The notes beneath the pieces were generated by a model. The model ran no database searches, was not told the origin of the DNA, and saw only the letters and a program-made list of their open reading frames with translations. From a virus, in the IMG/VR virus record IMGVR_UViG_3300035660_000001, positions 64,001 through 128,000 of that record: a stretch of 64,000 nucleotides of DNA; one strand, given 5' to 3'. Made by a program: the position numbers and the translations under genes. This document shows positions 10,301 to 19,721 of the stretch, piece by piece (position 1 is the stretch's first letter; the number at the start of each line of letters is the position of its first letter).

Positions 10301-11505
10301 CCGGTGCCGGCGCCTCGGGAGCATCAGGACAATCAGGCTACTCGGGCTACAGTGGTTTCTCGGGGTTTAGCGGTCTTAGCGGCGCCTCGGGAGCTAGTGG
10401 AGCCTCCGGCGCTAGTGGGGCATCCGGGCTTTCAGGTTACAGTGGATTTTCAGGGTTCAGCGGAGCTACGGGTATCTCTGGTGCTTCTGGGCTTTCGGGA
10501 GCAAGTGGGGCCAGCGGTGCCAGTGGGCAGTCTGGGTACTCCGGTCTCAGCGGACTCTCGGGGTCATCTTTCATTGGACAATCTGGGTACTCCGGGTTGT
10601 CTGGGTTCTCGGGTCTATCCGGAGCCAGCGGTCTTAGCGGAGATTCCGGGGCATCCGGGGCCAGCGGCCAGAGCGGCTATTCGGGATATTCCGGGTTCTC
10701 GGGTTTTACTGGGGCTTCAGGAGCTTCGGGGGCTTCGGGAGCCTCTGGTCTCTCCGGCACTAGTGGTGCTTCAGGTCAGAGTGGTTATAGTGGGTATGTG
10801 GGAACGCCTGGGTCTGGTGGCTTGCTTCTGATGACCGAGCTCGCTACTCCCGGAGCAGGAACTTGGACTAAAAACGCTAGTACTAATTTTATTAGGGTGA
10901 TCGGAGTCGGTGGTGGCGGCGGTGGTGGAGGAGCGAACTCAGCGGCGAATAACGCATCTGCAGGAGGTGGAGGTGGCGGCGGTGGATTCTTTGAAATCTG
11001 GGTTACTAGTCCTCCGGCCTCGCTTAATTATTCTGTAGGAGCCGCGGGAGCGAATGGCTCTGCTACTGGTGGGACTGCCGGAGGTGCTGGGGGCCCAACT
11101 ATCTTCGGAAACGACAATGGCTCCATCAATTGCAATGCCAACGGGGGGAATGGCGGGGTGGCGGGAGGAAATGCTAATGCAAGAACTATAAACGCAGGAG
11201 GGGCAGGAGGCGTTCCTACTTCGGCTGTGGCGGCGGCTCAGGCTGTTCTGGTCACTGGTTCTAACGGGACGGATGCCTTCATCTCCAATAAGGTTCTGTG
11301 TTGGAGTGGCAACGGGTCTACTGGCTTCTGGGGCGGCGGTGGTGGTGGAGCGTATGCTACAAACGTCATTGCGATGGCCGGGGGTAATGCTCAGACCAGT
11401 CAATACGGGACAGGCGGAGGTGGGGCGGCTGTTGGTAACGGAGCGAACAGTGCTCGTGGAGGGACGGGAGCACAGGGAGTTTTGATCATCTATGAATACG
11501 CATAA
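7375..11505 (+). CDS. Long Gly-X-Ser triplet-repeat (collagen-like) fibre protein 1 with a Gly-rich C-terminal tip
   Basis: N-terminal globular region, about 765 aa of SGx triplets, then a GGGGG-rich tip typical of phage fibre adhesins. Confidence 0.8.
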   Translation: MSPAKPVFNGASSNVMSTGLLAGGVLSVTPGHPSWFDISDGSGVVVDNYTDTLHPRKTVVAWSGKTGIEVTNLLTALVTYVALDKNGHVIQSTVNFTPDERRDLIVLGGLSHFGHAVIEFIANYPSVAYDDSAQFVDFADAIGPINITGNVYGPNGMNLNLDKSGGSSFKIGSNYVADKKTPNVHPDNTGTALYFFYDYHTGPGTWGTVGPLNIIDPDHYDNGLGLEDVPEDMWTIQMIFYVPAAGLTSIQYGQEIYDTKETARAHLQDPVDILPELASGNALFRGWLIVRQGAIDLSDPTWAQFDIAGKFGLVSEITGTGGGEANTASNNGLAGTGLYLQKQGVDLQFKNIRAASSQITVADNPALKTVDIDLGAGASGQSGYSGHSGYSGQSGFSGASGLSGASGLSGSSFVGSSGYSGFSGFTGASGLSGASGASGASGLSGASGTSGASGQSGYSGASGLSGASGASGQSGYSGFSGFTGASGLSGASGASGASGASGNSGYSGFSGFSGSGASGASGASGASGQSGYSGLSGFSGLSGASGASGASGASGSSGYSGLSGQSGLSGASGASGASGQSGYSGFSGFSGLSGASGASGASGTSGASGASGASGYSGFSGFSGASGLSGASGASGASGQSGYSGFSGFTGASGLSGASGLSGASGASGASGTSGYSGFSGFTGLSGASGASGASGASGQSGYSGFSGFSGASGLSGSSGASGASGASGQSGYSGLSGLSGSSFIGSSGYSGQSGFSGLSGESGASGASGTGASGQSGYSGFSGFSGSGASGASGASGASGQSGYSGLSGLSGSSFSGSSGYSGQSGFSGLSGASGLSGAGGASGASGASGASGASGYSGFSGFSGESGLSGASGASGASGASGASGQSGYSGFSGFTGASGLSGASGVSGTSGASGLSGYSGFSGFTGASGLSGASGLSGAGGASGESGASGASGLSGYSGFSGFSGISGASGLSGAGASGASGQSGYSGYSGFSGFSGLSGASGASGASGASGASGLSGYSGFSGFSGATGISGASGLSGASGASGASGQSGYSGLSGLSGSSFIGQSGYSGLSGFSGLSGASGLSGDSGASGASGQSGYSGYSGFSGFTGASGASGASGASGLSGTSGASGQSGYSGYVGTPGSGGLLLMTELATPGAGTWTKNASTNFIRVIGVGGGGGGGGANSAANNASAGGGGGGGGFFEIWVTSPPASLNYSVGAAGANGSATGGTAGGAGGPTIFGNDNGSINCNANGGNGGVAGGNANARTINAGGAGGVPTSAVAAAQAVLVTGSNGTDAFISNKVLCWSGNGSTGFWGGGGGGAYATNVIAMAGGNAQTSQYGTGGGGAAVGNGANSARGGTGAQGVLIIYEYA
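8503..10797 (+). repeat. Coding (Ser-Gly-X)n repeat block 1
   Basis: Gly at nearly every third residue; recurrent SG(Q/L/A)SGYSG(F/L)SG(F/L) unit; synonymous codons strongly varied. Confidence 0.95.
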
Positions 11506-11516
11506 CGGAGGATGCG

Positions 11517-12218
11517 ATGTGGCAGAAGCGTTCTAAAAAGACAGTGTTCACATTGAATTTAGACCCGGACAAGTATCGGGAGATCACCGATATGACCTAT
11601 CCCTTGCTGAAGGAGTATGCGAGGAAGATAGAGGCGGATTTTCATGTGATCTCCGAGAGAAAGTTCCCCGAATTCAAGAGTCCGACCTACGAGAAGTGCC
11701 AGGTCTATCAACTGGCGCAGGATATGAACAATGACTGGAACATCTTTTTCGACTGCGATGCTCTCGTCCATCCCGACACGCCGGATATCACGAACCTGCT
11801 CTCGAAGGATACCGTCCTGCACAACGGCTCCGACTTTGCTCCTCTCCGGTGGAGGTATGATCGGTTCTTCCAGCGGGACGGAAGGCATATCGGCTCCTGC
11901 TCTTGGTTGGAGATCGCAAGTGATTGGTGCATAGAGCTATTTAAGCCTCTGGATGATCTCACTCCGGAAGAAGCTAACGCGAACATCTTTCCGCTTGCCG
12001 GGGAGACAGCTTCTGGCTACGAACCATATCGGTTGATTGAGGACTACGTGTTCTCCCGGAACATAGCGAAGTTCGGTTTGAAGTTCATTACGTTCGAAGA
12101 CCTCATGGTGAAGTATGCCAAGCTGAAGGGGAACTTCTTCTGGCACAACTATGCTATTCCCATTGAGGAGAAGGTGGAGCAGATGAAGCAGATTCTCCGG
12201 GAGTGGAAACTGACATGA
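11517..12218 (+). CDS. Putative GT-A fold glycosyltransferase
   Basis: YARKIEADF, YEK, FFDCDALV (DxD motif). Confidence 0.6.
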   Translation: MWQKRSKKTVFTLNLDPDKYREITDMTYPLLKEYARKIEADFHVISERKFPEFKSPTYEKCQVYQLAQDMNNDWNIFFDCDALVHPDTPDITNLLSKDTVLHNGSDFAPLRWRYDRFFQRDGRHIGSCSWLEIASDWCIELFKPLDDLTPEEANANIFPLAGETASGYEPYRLIEDYVFSRNIAKFGLKFITFEDLMVKYAKLKGNFFWHNYAIPIEEKVEQMKQILREWKLT

Positions 12219-13672
12219 AGTCGATGATGGAGATGGACACGGTCCAGATAGAGATTACCGATGCCTGCCGTTTGCGGTGTTCTAACTGCACCCGTTTCTG
12301 CGGACACAAGAAGCCCTACTTCATGTCCTTCGACCAGTTCAAGGAGTCGGTCGACTCGATGGTTGGGTATCCCAAGATGGTGGGGATCATGGGAGGAGAG
12401 CCTCTGCTTCATCCGGAGTTCGAGAGGTTCTGCGCCTATGCACGATCCAAGATACCAAAGGTCCAGCTCGGGCTCTGGACCTCTCTTCCAGAAGGGCATG
12501 AGGATTACAGGACGGCTATCTGCGATACCTTTGAGCATATCTTTATCAATGATCATACCCGAGGGGACGTGATCCATCACCCGCCCCTGGTGGCCGCCGA
12601 AGAAGCCGTTCCGGATCGGGGGATCATGTGGAGTTATATTAACCACTGCTGGGCCCAGGAGAGCTGGAGCGCGTCGATCAATCCGCATGGAGCCTGGTTC
12701 TGCGAGATTGCCGCCGCTATGTCTATGCTCTTCGATGGGGGGCAGGGATGGAAGGTGGAACCCGGTTGGTGGTGGAGGATCCCGAAGGACTTTACGGAGC
12801 AGATGGAAATGTTCTGTCCCCGGTGCGGGTTTGCCATCCCATTGAAGAGGCGGGTGAGCACTGGCGTAGTGGACGACATTTCCCCGAAGAACCTGGAGCG
12901 GTTGACGGGTAAGTCCCTTAAGGTAGCTCGGGGCGAGTACGAAGTTAGCCCGTTGACCCTAGAGAACGACTTCAGGCCGATGGCGACCTACAAGGACACG
13001 GACTACCGGAACGGGATAGCCAGGCGTTACGGTATGTTCGTCGTCGTGAACCAGCAGAAGTTCTGGACCCCGCACCTACTGAGGAAGCAGGATAAGTCGG
13101 AGGCGCAACCGCACAAGCCCCTGTTGGAAGTTCTACGGGAGAGAAACCTCTACAAGGGGAACGGCATCGACGGTTTTATGGCGGACGACAACCTTGTCTG
13201 GCTATTCGATATTGCTCGGAAGATGAATAGCATAGTCGAGGTTGGATCATGGAAGGGGAGGAGCACCCACGCTCTGTTGAGTGGTTGCCCGGGGACAGTC
13301 TGGGCCGTAGACCATTTCAAGGGAAGCATGGCCGAGCGTGAAAGAACCCAGTCTCACTTTGAGGCCACAATCCGGGATGTGTCGGAAGATTTTCTGAAGA
13401 ATGTCGGGATGTTCCCGAACCTGAAGCTCTTGAAGGTGGATAGCATAGAAGCGTCCAAGCACTTTGAGCCCCAATCCATAGACATGGTCTTCATAGACGG
13501 CGGGCATACCTACGAGGATATTTATCTCGACCTTGAGGCCTGGACTCCCATTGCCCGGAAGATGATCTGCGGACACGATTATGGCTCCGAGGTCAAGGAT
13601 GCCGTCGACAAGAAGTTTGGCGAAGACAGGGTTGAGACCAGGGACTTTGGGCTCTGGATGGTGAATCTATGA
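12215..13672 (+). CDS. Radical SAM enzyme fused to a class I SAM methyltransferase
   Basis: CRLRCSNC and GGEPLLHP at the N-terminus; VEVGSWKGRST, VFIDGGHTYE and GHDY at the C-terminus. Confidence 0.85.
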   Translation: MKSMMEMDTVQIEITDACRLRCSNCTRFCGHKKPYFMSFDQFKESVDSMVGYPKMVGIMGGEPLLHPEFERFCAYARSKIPKVQLGLWTSLPEGHEDYRTAICDTFEHIFINDHTRGDVIHHPPLVAAEEAVPDRGIMWSYINHCWAQESWSASINPHGAWFCEIAAAMSMLFDGGQGWKVEPGWWWRIPKDFTEQMEMFCPRCGFAIPLKRRVSTGVVDDISPKNLERLTGKSLKVARGEYEVSPLTLENDFRPMATYKDTDYRNGIARRYGMFVVVNQQKFWTPHLLRKQDKSEAQPHKPLLEVLRERNLYKGNGIDGFMADDNLVWLFDIARKMNSIVEVGSWKGRSTHALLSGCPGTVWAVDHFKGSMAERERTQSHFEATIRDVSEDFLKNVGMFPNLKLLKVDSIEASKHFEPQSIDMVFIDGGHTYEDIYLDLEAWTPIARKMICGHDYGSEVKDAVDKKFGEDRVETRDFGLWMVNL

Positions 13673-14571
13673 AAATTCTAGTGACTGGTGGCGCTGGATT
13701 TATTGGAGCGCATCTCTGTCGAAGACTGCTTCGGGATGATCATGAAGTGGTCTGTGTGGACAATTTTTCTACTGGGGAGCGTAAAAACATCGAAGACTTG
13801 CTGGGTAACACAAGATTTGAATTATACCAGCAAGATGTCACTGTCCCATTCGATGAGGACTTCGAGCAGTGCTTTAGTCCAAATCAGATATACAACCTGG
13901 CGAGTCCTGCGGCTCCTGGTCAGTACCGGAAGGAGTCTCTGAATACCGTCATGACGAATGTCGTGGGAATGATCAACGTGCTTAACCTGGCTCGATCCAG
14001 CTCGGCCACCGTCCTTCAGGTGTCCACATCGAAGGTCCGGAACGTGATCGATAACTGCGGGCTGGACGGATGTTACATTGAAGGAAAGAGGTGCGCCGAG
14101 ACGATCTGTGTGGAATATCGCAACAAATTCGGGCTGGACGTGAGGATCGCACGGCTGTTTAACGTCTACGGCCCGGGGATGTCGTTGGAGGACTCTCGGG
14201 TCGTCCCGCAGTTCATCATGAGGGGCCTTGCTGGAAGACCTCTGGTCGTCTGGGGAGATGGTACGCAGGAGGATTTGTTTCTCTACGTCGACGACGCAGT
14301 GGAGGCTCTAATCCTACTGATGAACGATCCTCTTTACTCCGCTCCCACCTACATCGGAGGAAAGGCCAAGATAACCATTCGGGACTTAGCCGAGCTGGTC
14401 GACTCGCTGTTGCCGAACCGCTGTGGCATCTCGTTTGAGTTTAACGAGAACGCCGGGGCATTGGAAGTCATCGTGCCGCCTATTTTCGGGTCTCAGGCGG
14501 TTCCGCTCGTCGATGGAATCCAGAAGACCATCAGTTATTTTAAAAGTGCTCTTCAGGAGAAGGCATCATGA
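13669..14571 (+). CDS. UDP-glucuronate decarboxylase-like NAD-dependent epimerase/dehydratase
   Basis: VTGGAGFIG, DNFSTG, IYNLASPA, YIEGKR (YxxxK), ARLFNVYGP. Confidence 0.85.
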   Translation: MKILVTGGAGFIGAHLCRRLLRDDHEVVCVDNFSTGERKNIEDLLGNTRFELYQQDVTVPFDEDFEQCFSPNQIYNLASPAAPGQYRKESLNTVMTNVVGMINVLNLARSSSATVLQVSTSKVRNVIDNCGLDGCYIEGKRCAETICVEYRNKFGLDVRIARLFNVYGPGMSLEDSRVVPQFIMRGLAGRPLVVWGDGTQEDLFLYVDDAVEALILLMNDPLYSAPTYIGGKAKITIRDLAELVDSLLPNRCGISFEFNENAGALEVIVPPIFGSQAVPLVDGIQKTISYFKSALQEKAS

Positions 14572-14936
14572 CTCTTTTCAAGACTGTAGATTTCGGTCCG
14601 GGCTACGAGAGCCTGGGGACGGTCGGATATGTCCTTTACAATCCCAACGGGTCGGTGAAGCAGGTCCGGACGACGTCGGGCGTAGTCAACATATCCCAGG
14701 CGACCTACGGATGCAACATGACGCTAGACGCCGACTGGAAGGGGAGCATCGTGTGGGACACGGGAGGAGCGAGCCCTATCTATGCCTCCGACGATTTTAA
14801 CTACGCCGAGGCTTCTCTCGGGGTGGCCGGGGCGGTCTGGGATCAGCCGACGAGCGCGCATGTGGGTGCGGGATCGTTCGGGGAGTGGGTCAAGAACGGG
14901 CTGTTATCCTTCGCCAAGTTCATCGGGCTGAAATGA
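14568..14936 (+). CDS. Hypothetical virion protein
   Basis: Overlapping stop/start coupling; AVWD....H...GSFG motif seen in phage structural proteins. Confidence 0.5.
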   Translation: MTLFKTVDFGPGYESLGTVGYVLYNPNGSVKQVRTTSGVVNISQATYGCNMTLDADWKGSIVWDTGGASPIYASDDFNYAEASLGVAGAVWDQPTSAHVGAGSFGEWVKNGLLSFAKFIGLK

Positions 14937-15024
14937 TACATCCCCTCCTCGACATGATGTGGGCGGACCACTGGACGATCCTGGCCCGGGTGATCATCAA
15001 CCTCAAATCCTTCATCGCAAAGTC

Positions 15025-16350
15025 ATGGCCTCATTCCTGATCATGGACACGGCCCTGGCGATGGCTCTCGCCAAGAGGCTTCGAGATGAAGGCCACAAGG
15101 TCTTTTACTGGGTGAACTGGGCCCGGGCACACCCGGAGATTTACGAGACGACCTACGGCAAGGGACTCTTCGAGGAGTGGGGAGTCAAGAAAGTGGAAGG
15201 GTTTCTCGACATCGCTAAGTCCGTAGACTGCGTGGTTTCCACGGACGTCGGGTTCGGGCAGGAAGTGGACGGCCTCCGGGAAGACGGAATCAAGGTCTTT
15301 GGGGCCGGGGGAGGGATTGCCAAGTGGGAGCTCGACCGGAAGCTGGGAAAGCAGGTTATGCGGGACGCAGGGATCCAGACACCCCACTCAGAAGCCTTCC
15401 AGGACGTCAAGAAGGCCATCCAGACCGTCCAGAACGGCAAGGTGGGCTACTGCGTCAAGGTTTCCGAGATGTTGGCCAAGGGGACGTATGTCGGCAGGGC
15501 CGTGGACGACACGGTTGATTACCTCGAGAAGGTGAAGGAGAAGGCCGGGGACAAGGCTGATCTCATCCTCGAGGAGAAGGTCGAAGGCGTGGAGATGGCG
15601 ATCGGGGGGTTTTACGACGGGAAGAAGTTTGTCCGGCCTCTCTGCTTGAACTTCGAGGAGAAACGTCTCGTGGCCGGAGGGCAGGGGGCCCTCACGGGCG
15701 AGATGGGGACAAGCCTCCGTTACGTTCAGGGCGGGAAGCTCTTCGAGGAGACCCTGGCGAAGCTCGAGGGGCTGATGTCCGAGGGCGATCGCTTCCGGGG
15801 CTACTTCGACATTAACTGCATCGTAAACGAGGAAGGCGTCTTCGGAATTGAATTCACGTCCCGGTTCGGCTATCCCTTGCTTCTCATTCAGATGGCCTTG
15901 CATAAGGATGGCGTCGGAGATCTGCTTATGAAATGCGCCTTCGGGGAGAAGGATATCAGTCCCCAGATCATGCGGGGTTGGGCGGTCGGGGTGACCCTCA
16001 ACATCGGGTCTTATCCTTTCGACGAGTGCTTCCCCCAATACGACTGGGAGGTCGTGAACGGGATCCCCGAGGCCGAACAGAACGGTTGCGATCTCCAACC
16101 GTTCGGGCTTGTCCTCGAGGACGGGGTCTACAAAGTTCTCCCCGGCATGGGGCGGATTTTATGCTCAAATGGCGTGGATGAGAAACTTCCCGAGGCCCGA
16201 AGGAAGGCGCTTGATGCATTCGACTACGTCTCAGTGAACGATGGCCACTACCGGAACGATATCGGCATGCGGGTGACCTACGCCGGGGAGCGGCTCAAGA
16301 AGCTCGGCTACTTCGATGACGAGCTTCTGAAGAGCGTGGAGGAAGCATGA
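15025..16350 (+). CDS. PurD-like ATP-grasp enzyme, paralogue 2
   Basis: WELDRKLGK, LEEKVEGVE, NFEEK, TGEMGT, IEFTSRFGYP, YRNDIG. Shares YGKGLFEEWGVK with paralogue 1. Confidence 0.8.
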   Translation: MASFLIMDTALAMALAKRLRDEGHKVFYWVNWARAHPEIYETTYGKGLFEEWGVKKVEGFLDIAKSVDCVVSTDVGFGQEVDGLREDGIKVFGAGGGIAKWELDRKLGKQVMRDAGIQTPHSEAFQDVKKAIQTVQNGKVGYCVKVSEMLAKGTYVGRAVDDTVDYLEKVKEKAGDKADLILEEKVEGVEMAIGGFYDGKKFVRPLCLNFEEKRLVAGGQGALTGEMGTSLRYVQGGKLFEETLAKLEGLMSEGDRFRGYFDINCIVNEEGVFGIEFTSRFGYPLLLIQMALHKDGVGDLLMKCAFGEKDISPQIMRGWAVGVTLNIGSYPFDECFPQYDWEVVNGIPEAEQNGCDLQPFGLVLEDGVYKVLPGMGRILCSNGVDEKLPEARRKALDAFDYVSVNDGHYRNDIGMRVTYAGERLKKLGYFDDELLKSVEEA

Positions 16351-16634
16351 AGTCCATGCCCTTCGGGTCCAGGCTCAACAAGGCGACCTACCAGACAATA
16401 GGCAACGTCGCCTTCTGGGATTCGGACTTCGTCGACGTGGCCGGGAATACGGATGATCTCTTCGTAGCCTTCACCGGAGGGGATCGGCTTGACTTTATTG
16501 CCCACCGGGCTTACGGGACCGTCCACGGCTGGTGGGTGATCGCATCGATCAACCGGATCCAGCTTCCGGTGACCGACCTGCAGGCCGGGGATCTCCTGCG
16601 GATCCCGTCCTTTGCGAAGTTCGGGGCGATATGA
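16347..16634 (+). CDS. Baseplate wedge protein (gp53/LysM/P2 gpX-like)
   Basis: GDRLDFIAHRAYG...WWVIASIN...GDLLRIP signature. Confidence 0.85.
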   Translation: MKSMPFGSRLNKATYQTIGNVAFWDSDFVDVAGNTDDLFVAFTGGDRLDFIAHRAYGTVHGWWVIASINRIQLPVTDLQAGDLLRIPSFAKFGAI

Positions 16635-17875
16635 AGATTGACTACGATTTCACCACGCCCTTCTGGGAGGTTAGTTTTCTCCGTCCTGTGATCGGAAATA
16701 ACGAGGCACTCGATTGTCCCCGGAAGTTTAAATACGAGAAGCGATGGAATGAGGGGGACCAGACTTTTCCCTCCTTCCGTCCCTACATCGATGAGATGAG
16801 AGTAAACTACCGATTTGCCGATGGACTCTATGGGGGGATTTTTAGCGGCTCGATATCCTTGAGGCCGGATATCGAAACGATTCAGAAGTTCATGACCGAC
16901 CCCGACTCGTGGTGGAAGTGGCTGACCGGGATCCGGTTTCGCTTCGGCTATCGGGGTCCGAGCCCGAATGCCGCGACACTTCCCATTACGGCTTTTGCAA
17001 CAAACCCCAAAGGAGGACTTTCTCTAAGTCCGGATATCGGCTTCGAGTTCTCCTATATGGGTACTGGTTTTCGGATCGGAGTGGAGGAGGGAATTGTCCT
17101 GAAGGGGACGCAAACCGTAGAAAAGTTCCTATCGCAAATCGTGGATGCTTTCGATCTCAATGCCGACTTCTCCGAAGAAACCCAATCGATTATGAGCCAG
17201 TCGATTGCCCTCAAAGATGAAATCTCTTGGAAGAGGGGATCTAGGCTTCAGGACGTTTTGAATGCGTTCTTTAGTAAATTCACTCCCGACCTCGACTATA
17301 CCGTCATGCCGGGGGAATCCGATACTGATGAGAAGCCCTGGCTGAAAATATTTAAGAGGCCAGATAAGAAAGCAACATCCATCCCGAAGCCGGAAGTTAT
17401 GTTCGTCTGGGGAAGGCCGATCAACCTGCAGGCCGATCCTCCGGTTCTCCCGATTGAGGACTTCGAGACCGAGACGAACTGGAACTTCTTTACCAGGGCG
17501 TTCGCAAAATTAGAAGCCTCCGACGATGTTAACTATCTCACAAAAGCGAGAATGCAAGCCACCAGACGGATGAGGGCGAAGGTTCTTTACGATGCCTTCC
17601 CGGCTCGGGATCAAGCGACTCTATCGAAGAACGACGATGCCGCACAGAAGTTCGGAGATGCTGGACTCGTGTTGAAGGTTGCGGTGACTGTTCCTTCTAT
17701 TCCTCTTCTGCCAATCGGAGCGGCCGCTGGACTTATGATCGGGAATAATTTTATCGGAGGGCAAAACTCTCCCTGGCAGATATGGCAGGTTGAGCATACC
17801 CTTTCGAAATCCGGATTTAAATGCAAGGTTCACCTTCATGCCCGCCCGGTGTGGGCGGATGCGCTCGGGGGTTAG
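16631..17875 (+). CDS. Baseplate hub protein (gp27/P2 gpD-like)
   Basis: Lies between gp53-like and gp5-like genes; C-terminal W.I.QVEHTLSKSGFKC pattern. Confidence 0.6.
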   Translation: MKIDYDFTTPFWEVSFLRPVIGNNEALDCPRKFKYEKRWNEGDQTFPSFRPYIDEMRVNYRFADGLYGGIFSGSISLRPDIETIQKFMTDPDSWWKWLTGIRFRFGYRGPSPNAATLPITAFATNPKGGLSLSPDIGFEFSYMGTGFRIGVEEGIVLKGTQTVEKFLSQIVDAFDLNADFSEETQSIMSQSIALKDEISWKRGSRLQDVLNAFFSKFTPDLDYTVMPGESDTDEKPWLKIFKRPDKKATSIPKPEVMFVWGRPINLQADPPVLPIEDFETETNWNFFTRAFAKLEASDDVNYLTKARMQATRRMRAKVLYDAFPARDQATLSKNDDAAQKFGDAGLVLKVAVTVPSIPLLPIGAAAGLMIGNNFIGGQNSPWQIWQVEHTLSKSGFKCKVHLHARPVWADALGG

Positions 17876-17877
17876 CG

Positions 17878-18684
17878 GTGGGAGCACTCGGAGAACTGTG
17901 GAATACAATCGCCACGAGGGGCTTGGAGGCTCTTGGTCGTTTCTACAGCGTCTACCGGGCGAAGGTCGTCGATAACAAAGATCCCGACTTCCTGGGTCGG
18001 ATTAAGGTTAGCTGTCCCTACATGAACCGGGGGGCCGACCTTCCGCAGTGGGTCGTTCCCATGCCCTCCTTTGCGGGAGCAGATCACGGGATTATCTTCG
18101 TGCCGGAGATCGGGGAAGGTGTTTGGATTAAGTTCGAGCGGGGCGATAAGGACTACCCGATGTATACCGCCCAATGGTGGGGAACGGGTGAGATGCCTGC
18201 GGACTTCAAGAAGAACCCGCCGACTGCCCGGGGGATCAGGACGAAGGCCAAGCACCAGCTCCTCTTCGATGACGATCCGGCCAAGCTCAAGGTCGAGCTC
18301 CGGACGTCCAAAGGCCACATCATCCAGGTGGACGAGATTGCCGAGACCCTTCTGATCAAAACGGTCAAGGGGATGAAGATGCTCTTCGAGGATAAGACCA
18401 AGAAGATCACGGTCACGGATGCCGGAGGGGACACCCTCACGATGTCCAACGGGGCGACGAAGATCGTCTGCAAGACCGCCCAGGTCGAAGCGAGTGCTAA
18501 GGCTTATATCAATAGCCCGAACGTCATTCTCGGAGGAACGTCCGGTGGACCGACGGAAAGAATTCTGAGGTATAAGGACATGGATAAGTTTAAGTGCCCG
18601 ATAACGAAGCAGGGTCACAACAAGGCGCCTATCCAGATTCCTCCGATTCCGGTTGGGTCTGGACCGGCAAAGGCGGTGGACTGA
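17878..18684 (+). CDS. Baseplate spike protein (gp5/VgrG/gpV OB-fold)
   Basis: YRAKVVDNKDPDFLGRIKV, G..FVPEIGEGVW..FE.GD...P, then beta-helix repeats. Start codon uncertain. Confidence 0.85.
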   Translation: MGALGELWNTIATRGLEALGRFYSVYRAKVVDNKDPDFLGRIKVSCPYMNRGADLPQWVVPMPSFAGADHGIIFVPEIGEGVWIKFERGDKDYPMYTAQWWGTGEMPADFKKNPPTARGIRTKAKHQLLFDDDPAKLKVELRTSKGHIIQVDEIAETLLIKTVKGMKMLFEDKTKKITVTDAGGDTLTMSNGATKIVCKTAQVEASAKAYINSPNVILGGTSGGPTERILRYKDMDKFKCPITKQGHNKAPIQIPPIPVGSGPAKAVD

Positions 18685-18953
18685 TGGCACTCAATAGCGC
18701 CCGTCTCGGGGAAGCAATGAAGACCAAGATGGTGGGTGTTTCCGGCGGTGCAAGCATCGAAGAGGTGCTCGGACAGCTTGGATTGGCCTTAGCACAGGCC
18801 GTCGTCGAGGAGATTAACGCCCATGCGGAAATCCGAACGACCGGGACTGTGATTGCCGCGATAACCGGAGCCGGAGGTGGCGTTCCCGGACCGATACAAG
18901 GGACGACGATCGCCCCGGCCCAGGTGATTCTGCCGGAGGGATGCGTCAAATGA
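18684..18953 (+). CDS. Hypothetical baseplate-associated protein
   Basis: Translationally coupled ORF directly after the spike gene. Confidence 0.55.
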   Translation: MALNSARLGEAMKTKMVGVSGGASIEEVLGQLGLALAQAVVEEINAHAEIRTTGTVIAAITGAGGGVPGPIQGTTIAPAQVILPEGCVK

Positions 18954-19234
18954 TGATCAAGGCTGATCTCATTCAGGCGATCAAGACGTTAGTCGATTCC
19001 CGGGGAGAGCAGTGGACGAGGCTTGGTCTCAGCTCTGCCGGGTATGCCTGGGGGACGGACAAGGGCATGGACGCTATTCTCGAAGTGATAGTGGATGCCC
19101 ACAATGCTGATCTGGCCTTGCTCGACCAGATAAAGGCTAAACTTAACGAGCTAATCGACCAGCATAATCAGCTTCTGGCCGACCACAACAACAGCGTGAT
19201 TCCGTCGACTGCCCAAACGGTTCAGAGGATTTAA
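18950..19234 (+). CDS. Hypothetical coiled-coil protein
   Basis: Coupled ORF with a heptad-like C-terminus. Confidence 0.5.
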   Translation: MMIKADLIQAIKTLVDSRGEQWTRLGLSSAGYAWGTDKGMDAILEVIVDAHNADLALLDQIKAKLNELIDQHNQLLADHNNSVIPSTAQTVQRI

Positions 19235-19719
19235 TGCTGTTAGCAAACGATATCCATTATCTCACGAACCTCCTCTCCGGAGCAACCCCGGGTCGGATGT
19301 TCCTTCTGCTTGAGGAGCGATCGCTGAAGGAGCTACAGGGCGGCACCCCGAAGAAGATCAAGGGCCGGGCGGCGGATATCATCCCAATAATTCAGACGAT
19401 CACCCGGGACGGGCGATACATCTACAAGACCGTTACCCTGGCGAACGGGAATACCCACCAGTGCTGGGTGATGTCTTTCCCTCCGGACAGCAAGAAGCCT
19501 CTCCGGAGCATGACGCAGGACGTCCTCGTGTGGTGCGACTGCCCTTATTTTACCTATCACCTCGAGGTCGCCTTAACGCAGGACAATGCCAGCGTGATCG
19601 CCTACAGCAACGGTGCGGATCCCGTCGTGCGGAATCCCGGCAAGAGGAAGTATCTCTGTAAACACCTCTACGCCGTCCTTCGGGATATCAAAGACCGGGT
19701 CGGGGGCAAGGAGAAGTAG
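19234..19719 (+). CDS. SWIM-type zinc-finger protein
   Basis: CDC...CKH (CxCx(n)CxH) motif. Confidence 0.65.
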   Translation: MLLANDIHYLTNLLSGATPGRMFLLLEERSLKELQGGTPKKIKGRAADIIPIIQTITRDGRYIYKTVTLANGNTHQCWVMSFPPDSKKPLRSMTQDVLVWCDCPYFTYHLEVALTQDNASVIAYSNGADPVVRNPGKRKYLCKHLYAVLRDIKDRVGGKEK

Positions 19720-19721
19720 AG

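Noticed and set aside
5300-16350. Purine-biosynthesis auxiliary metabolic genes (purD)
   Set aside because: Divergent motifs, two copies, structural-gene context and no other pur genes. Left as PurD-like.
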